A stretch of DNA of 64,000 bases from positions 2,368,001-2,432,000 of the forward strand of contig OZ241841.1 of assembly GCA_965202665.1 (NCBI GenBank). The letters are read 5' to 3'. The position numbers were made by a program, and so were the translations under genes. The stretch is from Candidatus Spongiisociaceae bacterium (GTDB taxonomy: Bacteria; Actinomycetota; Acidimicrobiia; Spongiisociales; Spongiisociaceae). The notes beneath the pieces were generated by a model. The model searched no databases and was not told the origin of the DNA. It saw only the letters and a program-made list of their open reading frames with translations. Numbering within the stretch: position 1 is the first letter of the stretch; the number at the start of each line of letters is the position of its first letter. This document shows positions 31,201 to 43,200 of this stretch, piece after piece.

Positions 31201-34200
31201 GGCCCGGGAGACGGGGGCGTGCGCCGGGGCGTTGGCCGTTCTAACCGTTTCCCCGGCTTTGACGGGCGAAGAGGACGGGCCCGTCGAGGTGGCCGTCACC
31301 GCCGTCCGCCCCGAATACGGCGGCCCGGGCGGCAACCTGTCCGAGCGGGACACGCGGATTTTCTTAACGTTGCTGGGGGATACGGCCGTGCTGGGAGCGA
31401 CCGGGGATTTCACTTTCCGGGATCCGAACGGGACCGTTTTCCAACCACCGCAACCGACGGGACGGGTGCGGTTGACCTCCGACGCCGCCCGGCCTTTGCC
31501 GGAGGGTACGGCGGCGGACATCGCGGTCACCGCCTCTTTCGCCTCCGGCGCCGTCAGCAGCCGCCCCACCCGGGTCAGCCTGCGGGTGGGGGCGGAGGGG
31601 GACGTCGCAACCCCCGGCGACACAATCGGCGAAGGCGATTTCTCCTACCGGTGGACGGGGACGACCGCCCCGGAGGTGGTGATACCGGCCGGTCAGAACA
31701 GCGCCGCCGTAACCCTGCGCGTATCGCCTTTCTCCGACGGGAAGTTGGAGGGGACGGAGTCTTTCACCATCGCCGGGAGCACCGCGGACTGCAGCCTCGG
31801 TTTGGGCCGCGGCGACTGTTCGGTGGGTTCCACGCAGGCGGCCATCGCCGATCCGGGTTCCCCCATCGTGGCGGAGGTGGTGATACCGGCCGGGAAACGG
31901 AGCGGAACGGCAACGCTGGAGGTGACGCCCGTCGACGACGCCGCCTCCGAGCCGGTGGTGGAAAAACTGAGGGTGGTCGGCGAGGCCGGCTCGTTGCCGG
32001 TGGTCGGGACGGAGTTTCGGATCGTGGACGACGAAAGCGCCCCCACCGAGGTGGAATGGACACTCAACCCGACTTCGGTGGAGGAAAGCGCGGGCGAGAT
32101 AGGGGTGGAGGTGACCGCTTCTTTGGCCGACGGCGGGGTGCGGAGCGATGACACGGCGGTTTCCTTCTCGGTGGGGAAGAGCACAGATTCGGCGGTCGCC
32201 GGAACGGACTATCAGGTGGTGGCCGACTTTACGGCCGTCATCCCGGCCGGGACGAACCGGGCCTCGGCCGCTTTCAGCCTGTCCGGCACCGCCGACCTTT
32301 TGGACGAACCCGCCGAATCCTTGACCGTGTCCGTCTCCGTCCCCGCCGGGTTGACGGCGGACGCCGACCAACGCACCCTGGCCCTCACCGACGCCGACGA
32401 CACCCCGCAACGGCTGGTGTTGACCGTCGACGCCGACCCGGACACCACGGGGACGCAGAGCACCCTGGCGGAAAACGCCGGAACCCGCCGGGTAACCGTA
32501 ACGGCCGCCTTCCCGGCGGGCGCGCAGGTTTCTTCCCAAACCCGGACGGTGGCGACGGCGACCATCGGCGGCCAGGCGGGCCTGCGCAGCACCGCCACCA
32601 GGGGGGAGGATTTCACGGCCGCGTCGCAGGTCAGAATCGTCATTCCCCCCGGCAGCCGCCGCGGATCCGCCTCCTTCGACCTGGAGGTGATAGACGATTC
32701 GGTGACCAGCGAAGGCAATGAGACGATCAGCGTGGTGGGAACCATCACCGAAGGCCCCGCATTCCCGTTCGACAACACTTCCCTCACCATCACCGACAAC
32801 GATTCCGGGATCGTCCTCAGCATCACCCCCGATCAGGGATCCGAGGGCTCATCGGCCGTTAGCGCCACCGTTACCGCCGCTTTTGAAGCCGGAACCACCC
32901 CGCCCGCCGTCCCCACCCAGGTTACGGTAACGGTCGGGTCCCCCGGCGATTCGGCCGTCCGCCGCCCGGCCGACGATCCGGCCACCACCGACGTGGACGA
33001 GTCGCAGGCCGGGGATTTTTCCGCCCCCGCCACTTTGACCATTGTCATCCCGGCCAACACCCGCTCCGCTACCGCCCCCTTGGCCTTTCAGCTGCGCGAC
33101 GACTTGGACGTGGAACAGGCCGAAACCATTTCCCTCACCGGGACGGCTGCCGGGCACGCCGTTTCCCCAACCGTCTTCACCATCGAGGCCAGCGACCCGT
33201 ATCCCACTTCGGTCATTCTGCGCCTGAACGTGGACACCACCCACGAGCCGGTCGCCGGCGTCCGCACTTTCACCACTTCCCTCATCGCCGCTTTCCCGGA
33301 CGGTTCGCCCCCCCTGACCCGGGACCTGCTGGTAAACGCCTCGGTGGTGACCGTAACGGAGGACACCGCCTCCTACCGTTCCGACTTCCAACCCCGGGAC
33401 AACCTGGCCTTGACCATCCCGGCCGGTTCCACCAGTGCTTCCGCGGATTTCAGCCTGGTCATTCTCGGCGACGAGGAGACGGAAGGGGCTGAGACGTTGA
33501 CCATCTCCGGCCGGGCGGCCGGGTTGGCCGTCGTTCCCGCCCGGTTGACCATAACCGATCCGTTGACCATTCCCGATTCGGCCGTCCTGCGGGTGAGCCC
33601 GGACGAGGTTTCCGAAAACGCCGCCGACCACACGCAGGTCATCACCGTCAGCGCCGAACTCAGCGCAGGGGTGATGGCCCCCGCCGGGGGTGTCACCATC
33701 GTCGTGACCGTGGCGGGCGGAACCGAAGCCGGGCAGGCCGAAGAGGGGGCGGCCAAGGATTTCACCGCCACCGCCCCCGCAAACATTTCCATATCGGCCG
33801 GCCAATCCACCGGATCGACTACTTTCCGCCTGACCGTCAAACCCGACGACATAGCCGAAGGCGACGAGACGATCTCCGTTTCCGGAGTCCTGTCCGGGCT
33901 GGCCGCCACCGGGGTTTCCGACACGACGGTGATCATCCCCGGCAACGACGGGACCATCCCCGACCTGAACCGGGCCCATTGCGGGAACGGAACCTATGTG
34001 GGAAACCCCGGCGGCAACTCCGGGCTGGTGTCCGATTGCCAGACCTTGGTGGACATCCGCAACCACTGGATGGACAATCCCGACAACGCCGACCTGCCCG
34101 CTGATCATCCGCTGCGCACTTGGGGCGGCCGCATTGAAACCTGGGCCGGGTTGTCGTTTGAGCGACTCCGGATAGGTCACAACCATCGGAGACGGGTTAC

Positions 34201-37200
34201 GAAACTGGAGCTGGGCGGTTCCGTCGGCTCCCGCATCCGGGGAACTCTTCCCTCCGAGGTGCATTCCCTAGAGGGACTCACGCATCTGGTTCTGAAAGAC
34301 AACCAACTGATAGGCCACATTCCATCACAGTTGGGTTCTATGAATTTCCTGGAAGTTTTGGATCTGCGCAACAACCAACTGTCGGGCGCCATTCCGGCTA
34401 GCATCACTTCCCTCCCCGGTGGCAGCTATAGATTTGATTTGCAGGAGTTGCGTCTGCAAAACAACCGGCTGTCAGGTTCCGTCCCTGCTTGGAGTTCGAC
34501 CGCCGACAACTATTCTTTGCGACATGTGGATCTGAGCGGAAATGAACTGACCGGTTCAATGGCCGGCTTCGAACATCTGACCGGACTCAGCTATCTGGAT
34601 TTGAGCCAGAACCGGCTGTCGGGAGCGATTCCAGCCGATTTCGTGACGCGGGGAAGCGGGGCTCTTAACACCCTGCGCCTGAACGACAACAACCTGTCGG
34701 GCTCCATTCCCAACTTGTCCCGGTTGCCGGATCTGAAAACTGTCGATTTGAGCGGAAACCGGTTGTCGGGCTCTTTAACCGGCTTGCGCCACGATCATCT
34801 AACAGACCTAAATGTGAGCGACAACCAGTTCAGCGGCTCCCTTCCCAACCTGCCTTCGTTGCCCTTTTTGGAGAGGCTGGATTTGAGCGGAAACAGGTTC
34901 ACCGGTTTGCTTTCCGCTTGGAGCGTGACCCAGGCGCCCCGATTGAACACTTTGGATCTGAGCGACAACCAGCTGTCGGGGACGATCCCCTCCTGGATCG
35001 GCAGGGCCGGCAACCTGGTCAGCGTGGACTTGGGGAACAACAACCTGTCGGGCCCCATTCCCCCCTGGCTGACTTCCCGCACCAGAATAAGCAGACTTGT
35101 TTTGTCCGGCAACCAGTTGACCGGTTTAATCCCCGATTCGGTGGGGAACATGACCAGTTTGACGGAGCTGGATTTACACGACAACCGCTTCAGAGGCCCG
35201 GTGCCTTCCTCGCTGGGAAGACTTCGCAACCTGGTGGGACTCTATTTGGATGACAACCAGCTAACCGGCCCCATCCCCGATGAAATAGGAGCGCTGGCTT
35301 TCTCACCTGGTTCCACCGGGCGGTTGCGCCGGTTCAGCTTCTGCGGAAACAACCTCACCGGGTTTTTACCGGGCGGTTTGCGCAACCCGTGGGTGCATTT
35401 AGAGGATTCCCCATCCGACTCCGGGTTCGCCTACGGCCCGTTCGCCAACTGGTTCGCCCCGGTTTCGGACTGCCGCCGGGCGGTGGAGTTAAGCGTGGAC
35501 CGCTCCGTATCCGAATGGGCTGCCCGCTCCGTGGAAGTTACGGCCACTCTGGCCGGGTTCGGCGGGAGCATCGGGCGCCCCATGCCCGACGAGGACACGG
35601 AGGTGACCGTTTCAGTGGAGGACGGAACCGCCTTCGCCCCCGGCGACTACGCGGTGGTGAATCCGTTCAAAATAACCATTCCCGTCGGTGAAACCTCCGC
35701 TAACGGCTCTTTTACCCTAACCCCCGTCAATGACAGTAGCGACTTCGAGGGGGACGAAACCGTGCGCGTCGACGGCGCTGGCGAGACCATTTCGGTTACG
35801 GGAACCGACCTCGCCATCATCGACGCCCGGCGCGCTATCGACGGAATCATTGTGACAGCCAGCCCGTCGGTGATCCCAGAAGGGGAGACCACCCGCGTAA
35901 CTATCACCGCTTCCATACCGGACCACGCTGCCCCCGAAACCAACACTCAAATTAGGTTTCGGTATTTGAGGACGGTGGACGGGACGGCGACGAAGGGGAC
36001 CGATTTCACCGATAACATCAGCGGCGAATTTCGTATTAGCCCAAATCAACGGTCAGGTAGCCGTGATTTCAACATATCCGCCACCGAGAACACAACGGCG
36101 GAAGCGGATAAGACTTTCTACGTATATGTGACTCCTTACTTAAACCGGGATGTAGTGAGGTTCAGAAATAGGATTATGTACGCCACGGTTACCATCGCCA
36201 ATAACGATATCCTTCCGGCCTTAGATTCGGCTATCTGTAACAACTCGGCCGTGGTGCCGGCTGGCAATTCCGCCCTGGCGAGACAATGCCGGGCCTTGGT
36301 GGCCATCCGCAATCACTGGACCAACCGGCTGGACAACGCAGGCCTTCCCGCCACCCATCCGTTGCTCGATTGGAACGGGTCCTCATCCATTGAGACTTGG
36401 CCGGGGGTGACCGTGTCCATTCCCTCCGGGGGGAGTAGCAAACGGGTCACCGGTTTGGACTTGTCCGCCGACTCCGACCCCAATACCGCTGACCGCATCT
36501 CCGGAGCCATCCCATCTTTCGGCTGGCTGTCCGACCTGACCTCCCTGGACTTGTCCGGCAACTTGCTGACCGGCTCCATCCCGGCCGTCTCTTTGCCGAG
36601 TACCCTCACCTCTCTGGATTTGTCCGGCAACCAGTTGAGCGGCTCCATCCCGGACCGTCTGCGCCGCCTGACCGCCTTGACGTCTTTGGATTTGTCCGAC
36701 AACCAGCTGACGGGGTCCATTCCGACCGGGATAGGCGCTTTGACTGCTCTGACGTCTTTGGATTTGTCTGACAACCAGCTGACGGGGGGCATTCCGACTG
36801 GGTTGGGTGCTTTGACTGCTTTGACTTCTTTGGACATGTCCGACAACCGGTTGAGCGGGGGCATTCCGCGCGCTTTAGGCGCTTTGACTGCCTTGATCTA
36901 TTTCGATTTGTCCGACAATCTGCTGACCGGGGACATCCCACAGGAGTTGGGCCGTTTGAACAAACTGACCACCTTCAGTTTCTGCAACAACGCTTTGACC
37001 GGCCCTCTGCCCCAATCCCTGCGAACCGGGGTCACCATACCCGATTTCACGAACACGTACACCAGGGTGCAATCCTGCGCCAGCGTCATCTACATTACGG
37101 CGTCCCCGGATACCGCGACCGAGGGGGATAGCCGGCTCTTGCGGGTGACCGCCGAACTCCCCCCGGGGAGAACCGCCCCCGCTGGAGGCCTGGCGGTGAA

Positions 37201-40200
37201 CGTAAGTACCATCTCCGGAACCGCCGCCTCCGAGATCGATTTCACCCCCGTCTCCACGGTGATCACCATCCCGGAGGGGGAAACAGAGAAGACCGACCGC
37301 CTCCTCCTATCTGTGACCGATGATTCAGTGAACGAACCGGCCGAGAACCTGTTCGTCGTCGGCTCCTCGCCCGGCTACCGAAACGGAGTGGATACGGTGA
37401 CCATAGCCGCCAGCGACCGAACGCCCGCCACCAACGTGGAGTGGAGTTTGAGCCGCACTACGGTGACGGAAGGGACCTCCGACATCACCTATGAAATGAC
37501 CTTGGTCGTTTCCATCCCCGACGACCAGAGCTCGTTCACCACCGCCCAACGGATATACCCGCTCTTCGGGGCCTCCGGGTCGGGAAGCACCGCCGCCAGC
37601 CCGGCGGATTACGCGGCGGTAACCGATTTCACCGGCGACCACATTATCCTGCCCGCCGGACAACGGCAGGTAACCCGCACCTTCTCCCTCACGGTCAAGT
37701 CCGACACCCTGGTGGAAGGCGATGAGACCATCAAAGTAACCGCCGAGGCCGGCACCGGCCGGTTGGTGCCAACCCCGCTAACCATCACCGTCGCCGACCA
37801 GGACGCGGTGGCGACCGTGCAGGTGGACACCGACGGCGGCACCACCGGCGATCAGACGACGGCGGCAGAAAGATCCTCCCCCCATTCCGTTTCCGTAACC
37901 ATCTCCCTGCCCTCCGGCGCCACCAACTCCCTGGGCCGGGACCTGGTCATCCCACTCACCGTCATGCCCGGAACCGCCTCCTCCTCCGACTTCACCGCCG
38001 CTTCCCCCGGTTCCGCAACCATAACCCGCGGAACCACCACTTCTTCCCCGGTCACTTTCAACCTGACCGTGGCCCAAGACGCCGCCAACCTAAGGGAGCT
38101 GTCGGAGACGATATCAGTGTCCGGCTCTGCAACCGGATTTACCTTCAATCCGGCCGAAATCACTATCCCCCCCGATAACAAGCTGGCCATAATTCCCCTC
38201 TCAGTGGAAGCGGAGAACGCCAACAACGGCAACCCCCGCATCAGGTACGGCCCGGCGCGAACGGCTACTGGTTCCTCGGCAACTGATGATCATAGAGGCG
38301 CCTATTTTGGGATACGCATCAATTGGCCAGCCGGCGGAAGTCATAGAGGTGGATCGCAAACTACGCACCAGCATATTCCCTACGGGCAGTCGCGAGCTTC
38401 CGCAACTAACGTTATTACACTCTCCGGCTACGACGATCAAGTTGTCAACACTACCCCCCCTCGCTACGTCACAATCGACCACACTGTACATATGAGAGGT
38501 TGGCTATTTGCGGCCACCCGGGCTCTGATCGTAGACGATGAGTGGGATCGGCGGCCGACGGGCATCGACCTGACCGCGGACATGTCAACGGTGAACGAGC
38601 GGGCGGGGGCCACCCCGGTCACGATTACCGCCTCTTTCACCAACGCCGCCGGCAATCCGGCCCCCTTGGATACGTACGTGGACATTCCGCTGTCGGCGCA
38701 GTCCGGTTCCGCCATCGCCGGCTCCGACTTCCGTTTGACGGACGCCGCAGGCGGCCCGGTCCCCTTCGATTTCACCCTGCGGATTCCGGCCCGTCAAACC
38801 AGCGGCTCGGCCACCATCTACCTGGCCCCCGTCGCCGACGACACGCGGGAGATGGAAGAAGGTTTGTGGGTGGGGGCCCGCAGCGTCCCCAGCCCCAACG
38901 GCTTCACGTTCGGCAACGGGGTGGATCCGGTGCGCATCGCCATCCTCGATCAGACCGGCATCGTCCTGCGCGCCCTCCCCGACTCTCTAACGGAAGGCCC
39001 CGCCTCGTCCGCCATCTCGATCATCGCTTCCCTCCCGGACGGCTTCCCGACGCTCGACGAAAACCTTGTCATCCGCAACGTGCGTTTGCGGCCCGGCACC
39101 GCTTCCGCCGCCGATTTCACCGCCTCCCCGACGGGGGGAACCACCCTGACCATCCCAGCCGGGAGCACCACCACCTCCCTCCTGTCGTACAGGGTGATGG
39201 TGACCGACGACGACCTCGTGGAAGGCCCGGAAACGATCCTGCTGCAAGGCGACATCGGCCCCGAATACACGGCGCAAGGGGTTCTGACCATCAACGACGA
39301 AACCGGGGAAGCCCCGGTTACCGGCGTCAAGTTGGAGTTCGCGCCGAATCCGATCGGGGAGGGAGCCGCCGCGCAACAGGTGCAGGTAGTCGCCCGGCTG
39401 GGGACATGGATTCCCGCCCCCACCTCTCACACCTACACCGACGCGCAGGGCGACGAGGCGAGCGCCACCTGCCAGCAGGACGAGTTCGGCGTGACCCGTT
39501 GCGAATATCCCACCCCCTCGGGTTCGGGCACGACATTGGTGATTTACCGGCCCCGATTTACCCCCGTCGCCACCGCCGCCCCCACCTCTCACACCTACAC
39601 CAACCGCGCCGGGAACCGGGTGACCATTTCTTGTCCGCACGACGAGTTCGGCGTGGCCCGTTGCTCGCACCCCGATCCCACCGACCCGGACCAAGAAAGA
39701 ATGGTGTCGGTGGTGTACCGCCCGCAGTTCCGGTCCGTGGCCCTACCGCCCACCTCTCACACTTACACCAACCGCGCCGGGAACCGGGTAACCATTCCTT
39801 GTCCGCATGATGAGTCCGGAGTGGCCCGTTGCTCCTATTCCTATGTCGACTCCTCCGACCCGGACATGCCGCAGACGGTGGTGGTGCAGGTGGTTTACCG
39901 TCCAGACCCCGTGTCCGCGGCGCGGGCGGTGGACACGGTGGTGACCGCCTCGCTGGAAAGCGTCGCCGCCCGAACCGGCGTGGTTCCGGCCGCGCTGGGA
40001 ACCGACTTCACGGCGGCGCCCCCCATTCGGGTGGTTATCCCGGCGGGGGAGACGGAGCGAAGGGTTTCTTTCCATCTGGATGTCAAAGACGACGGGGTGG
40101 CGGAGCCGGAGGAAACCTTCAAGTTGACCGGGAGGGCGGACGGGATGACCATCTTCGCGGAGCCGGTGGCCATCACCGGAGATTTGCGAAAGCCGCCGAT

Positions 40201-43200
40201 TTCTTTGCGAGTCGTTCCCGGTTCGGTGAGCGAGGAGACGGGAACGGCCCTGATCCGGGTGACCGCCTCGGTGGACGACATTGTGCGGGATGTGTCGTCT
40301 TGCGTTCGCAGGGTAACCAACGACAGGGGAACCCCCGGCGACCCCAGCGATGATATCCAGGAATGCGTTGAGTTTGACACCAGGCAGGTTTCTTCCCCCG
40401 GTTTGCTTTCCTCCGTAGATCTTCCCATCAGGGTGTCGGTGGGGGAGGCCGGCGACACGGCAACCGAAGGAACCGATTACACGGCGGTGCCCGATTTCAC
40501 GCTGGTCCTCCCCGCTGGCCGCCGTTCCGCCTCCGCCGTCTTCAAAATCGCCGTTGCTTCCGACCGGCTGGACGAACCGGCGGAGACGATAACCATCGCC
40601 GGTTCGGATCCTTCGGTGGGGTCGTCCCCCTCTCATATCCCCCTGTCCGTTTCCAGCGGACTGTTGACCATCACCGACTCCGACGCTTCCCCGGTGGTGG
40701 AGTTGGAGTTGGACGAGGCGACGGTCGCCGAAGGGTCGGGAACCACCGAGGTGGCCTTCACCGTTTCTTTGGTGGACGGTTTGCGCTCCGCCGCGCCCTT
40801 GACGGTGGCGTTGGGCGTAGCCGGGGCGGATGAGGGGGCCTGCGAAACCGACGACGACGCGGGGCGGGTTAACTGCCCGTCGCAACCGGGGAAAGCCCGG
40901 GCCGGCGCCGACTTTACGGCAGTGCCCAATTTCAACGTAACCATCCCCGCCGGCCAAAGCGCCGCCCGGGGCAAATTCAATTTCACGGTGACCGACGATC
41001 GGCTGGTGGAAGGGGAGGAGCGGTTGACGGTCACCGCCCGGCTGGGCGACGCTTCGGCCACCGGCCGGCTGTCCATCGCCGACGACGACGCCGCCCCCTC
41101 CGATTTGCGTCTAAGCCTGGTTCCGGCTTTCACCACCCGCGACGGACCCGAGGTTCCGATGAGAGAAGGGGGCCTGGCCCGTTCCTATTTGATTTCAGCC
41201 GCCGTACCCCCGGGTCAGGGTTTGCTGTCCTCCCCTTCCACGGTGACCCTGTCGGTGGGGGGCGGAACCGCTTCTTCCAATGACTATTCGGTTTCCATGT
41301 TGCCGGACAACACGGTTCTGGTTCCGGCTGGTCCGGTTACCAATTTGGGGCCGGGGGCGCAACCGGCGGACCTGCAGGTGCTGTTGGTGGTCACCCCCCT
41401 ATCCGACCGGGCGGTGGAAGGCCTGGAGTCGCTGGTGGTTTCCGGGACGGCCACCGGCGGCCTGAACGTGGCCCCGGTGACGCTGGCCATCAACGACGCC
41501 GCCGGGTCCACCCCGGATCGGATCAGCCTGACTTTGGACCGGAGCGAAGTGGAGGAGGGGGCGGGGACGGTGCGCCTGGGGGTTACCGCCCGCATGTTCT
41601 GCCAGTCGGGGGCATGTTCGGTGTTGGCGGAGGACAGAACGGTCAACCTGGAATTGTCGGAGTCGTTGAGCACGGCCGCGGCGGACGACGATTTCGTTTT
41701 GGGATCCGGTTCGGTGACCATCCCCGCCGGTTCCTACAGTGGTTCCGCCCAGCTGGAGTTGCGGGTGTTGGACGATCGGCTGGTGGAAGGCAACGAGTCG
41801 GTGGCGGTGGGGGGTTCCGCTTTCGGTTTTCAGGTGAACGCGGCCACCGTGTTGATAACCGACGACGAACCGGCGGCCGGGGAGTTGGATTTGCGTTTCA
41901 ACCGGGGGACGGTGGGCGAAGGGGACGGCCGGGCGCCGTTGGTGCTGACCGCCGGATGGCCGGCCGGTTTGAGCGTGACATCCGACACGGAGGTGTCGGT
42001 GGTGCTGGGCGCCGGTTCGGCGGCGGCCGGGATCGATTACGAGTTGCTGGATCGGGAAAGGTTCGTCTTGACGATTCCGGCGGGCCGTTCCAGCGTGTCG
42101 GCGGCGGCGGGCATGTTGCGGTTGGTGGACGACCGGGTGGCGGAAGGGTTGGAAACCTTTGAGGCCTTCGGGTTCGCGCGGTCGGTGGACGCCGCCGTTC
42201 CGGTGCGCTACAAGGTCAATTCGGCGGTGTTGCGCATCGCCGACGACGACCCGGCGGCGGTGAAACTGACCGTAGACGAAAACTACGTTTTGGAGGGCCG
42301 GCGCGGGGATATGACTCCTTCTCCGGCGGAGGAGGCGGTTCCGATAACGGTTACCGCTTCTTTGACGGGGGACGTCGCCGGCGGCACCGTGGTGCGGGAC
42401 CGGGACACGTTGGTGCGGGTGGCGGTGGGGGACGGCGCCGACCGGGCCGTCTCAGGGGCGGACTACGTAGTTTCCGATGGTTTGCGCAACGGCGTCTTGC
42501 CTATTGTCATCCCAGCCGGGGAAAATTCCGCCTCCGCCGCCTTCCGCATGCGGGTGATCGACGACAACGTGGCGGGCGAGACCGACTGGTCGGCCGTTTC
42601 CCGCCCCGGCGGTTTGACGACGGTGGACGTTTCCCGCACCGAGTCGGTTTCCATCACCGGGGCGGTGGCTAAAGGTAGGGGAACCGATTTCTCCATCGCC
42701 GTGACGGGGACGGAAGTGGAAATCTGGGATCTGAACGATCGTTCCCCGACCGCGGTGGACTTGGCCGTGTCGCCGGTGCGGGTGACGGAAGGCGACGCCC
42801 GGCACACCGCCCGGCTGACGATCACCGCCTCTTTGAGGGCTCCGCCGATCGCGCAACCTTCGCTGGTCTGCCTGCAACGCAGTTCCCAAGGAGCGTGCCT
42901 GCGCAGTTACGCCCCGGTTGTCCCCAAACAGCCGCCGTCGATGGTGTTGGCGGAGGATCTGACGGTTCCCATCAGCTTGTCGGCTGATACGGATTCGGAA
43001 GGGAACCCGTCGCTGGGATGGGCGACTTCGGGGACGGATTACGGAACGCCGGTGCAGGTTTCCCCCCGGCCCGCTACCGGGCAGAGCGGGGTGACGGTGG
43101 TCATCCCGGCGGGCAAGTTGAGCGGGTCGACGGTGGTTGATTTGCCGATCATCGGCGACATTTTGACCGAATCCAATGTTCTGTTCGGACCGTCGGGCAA

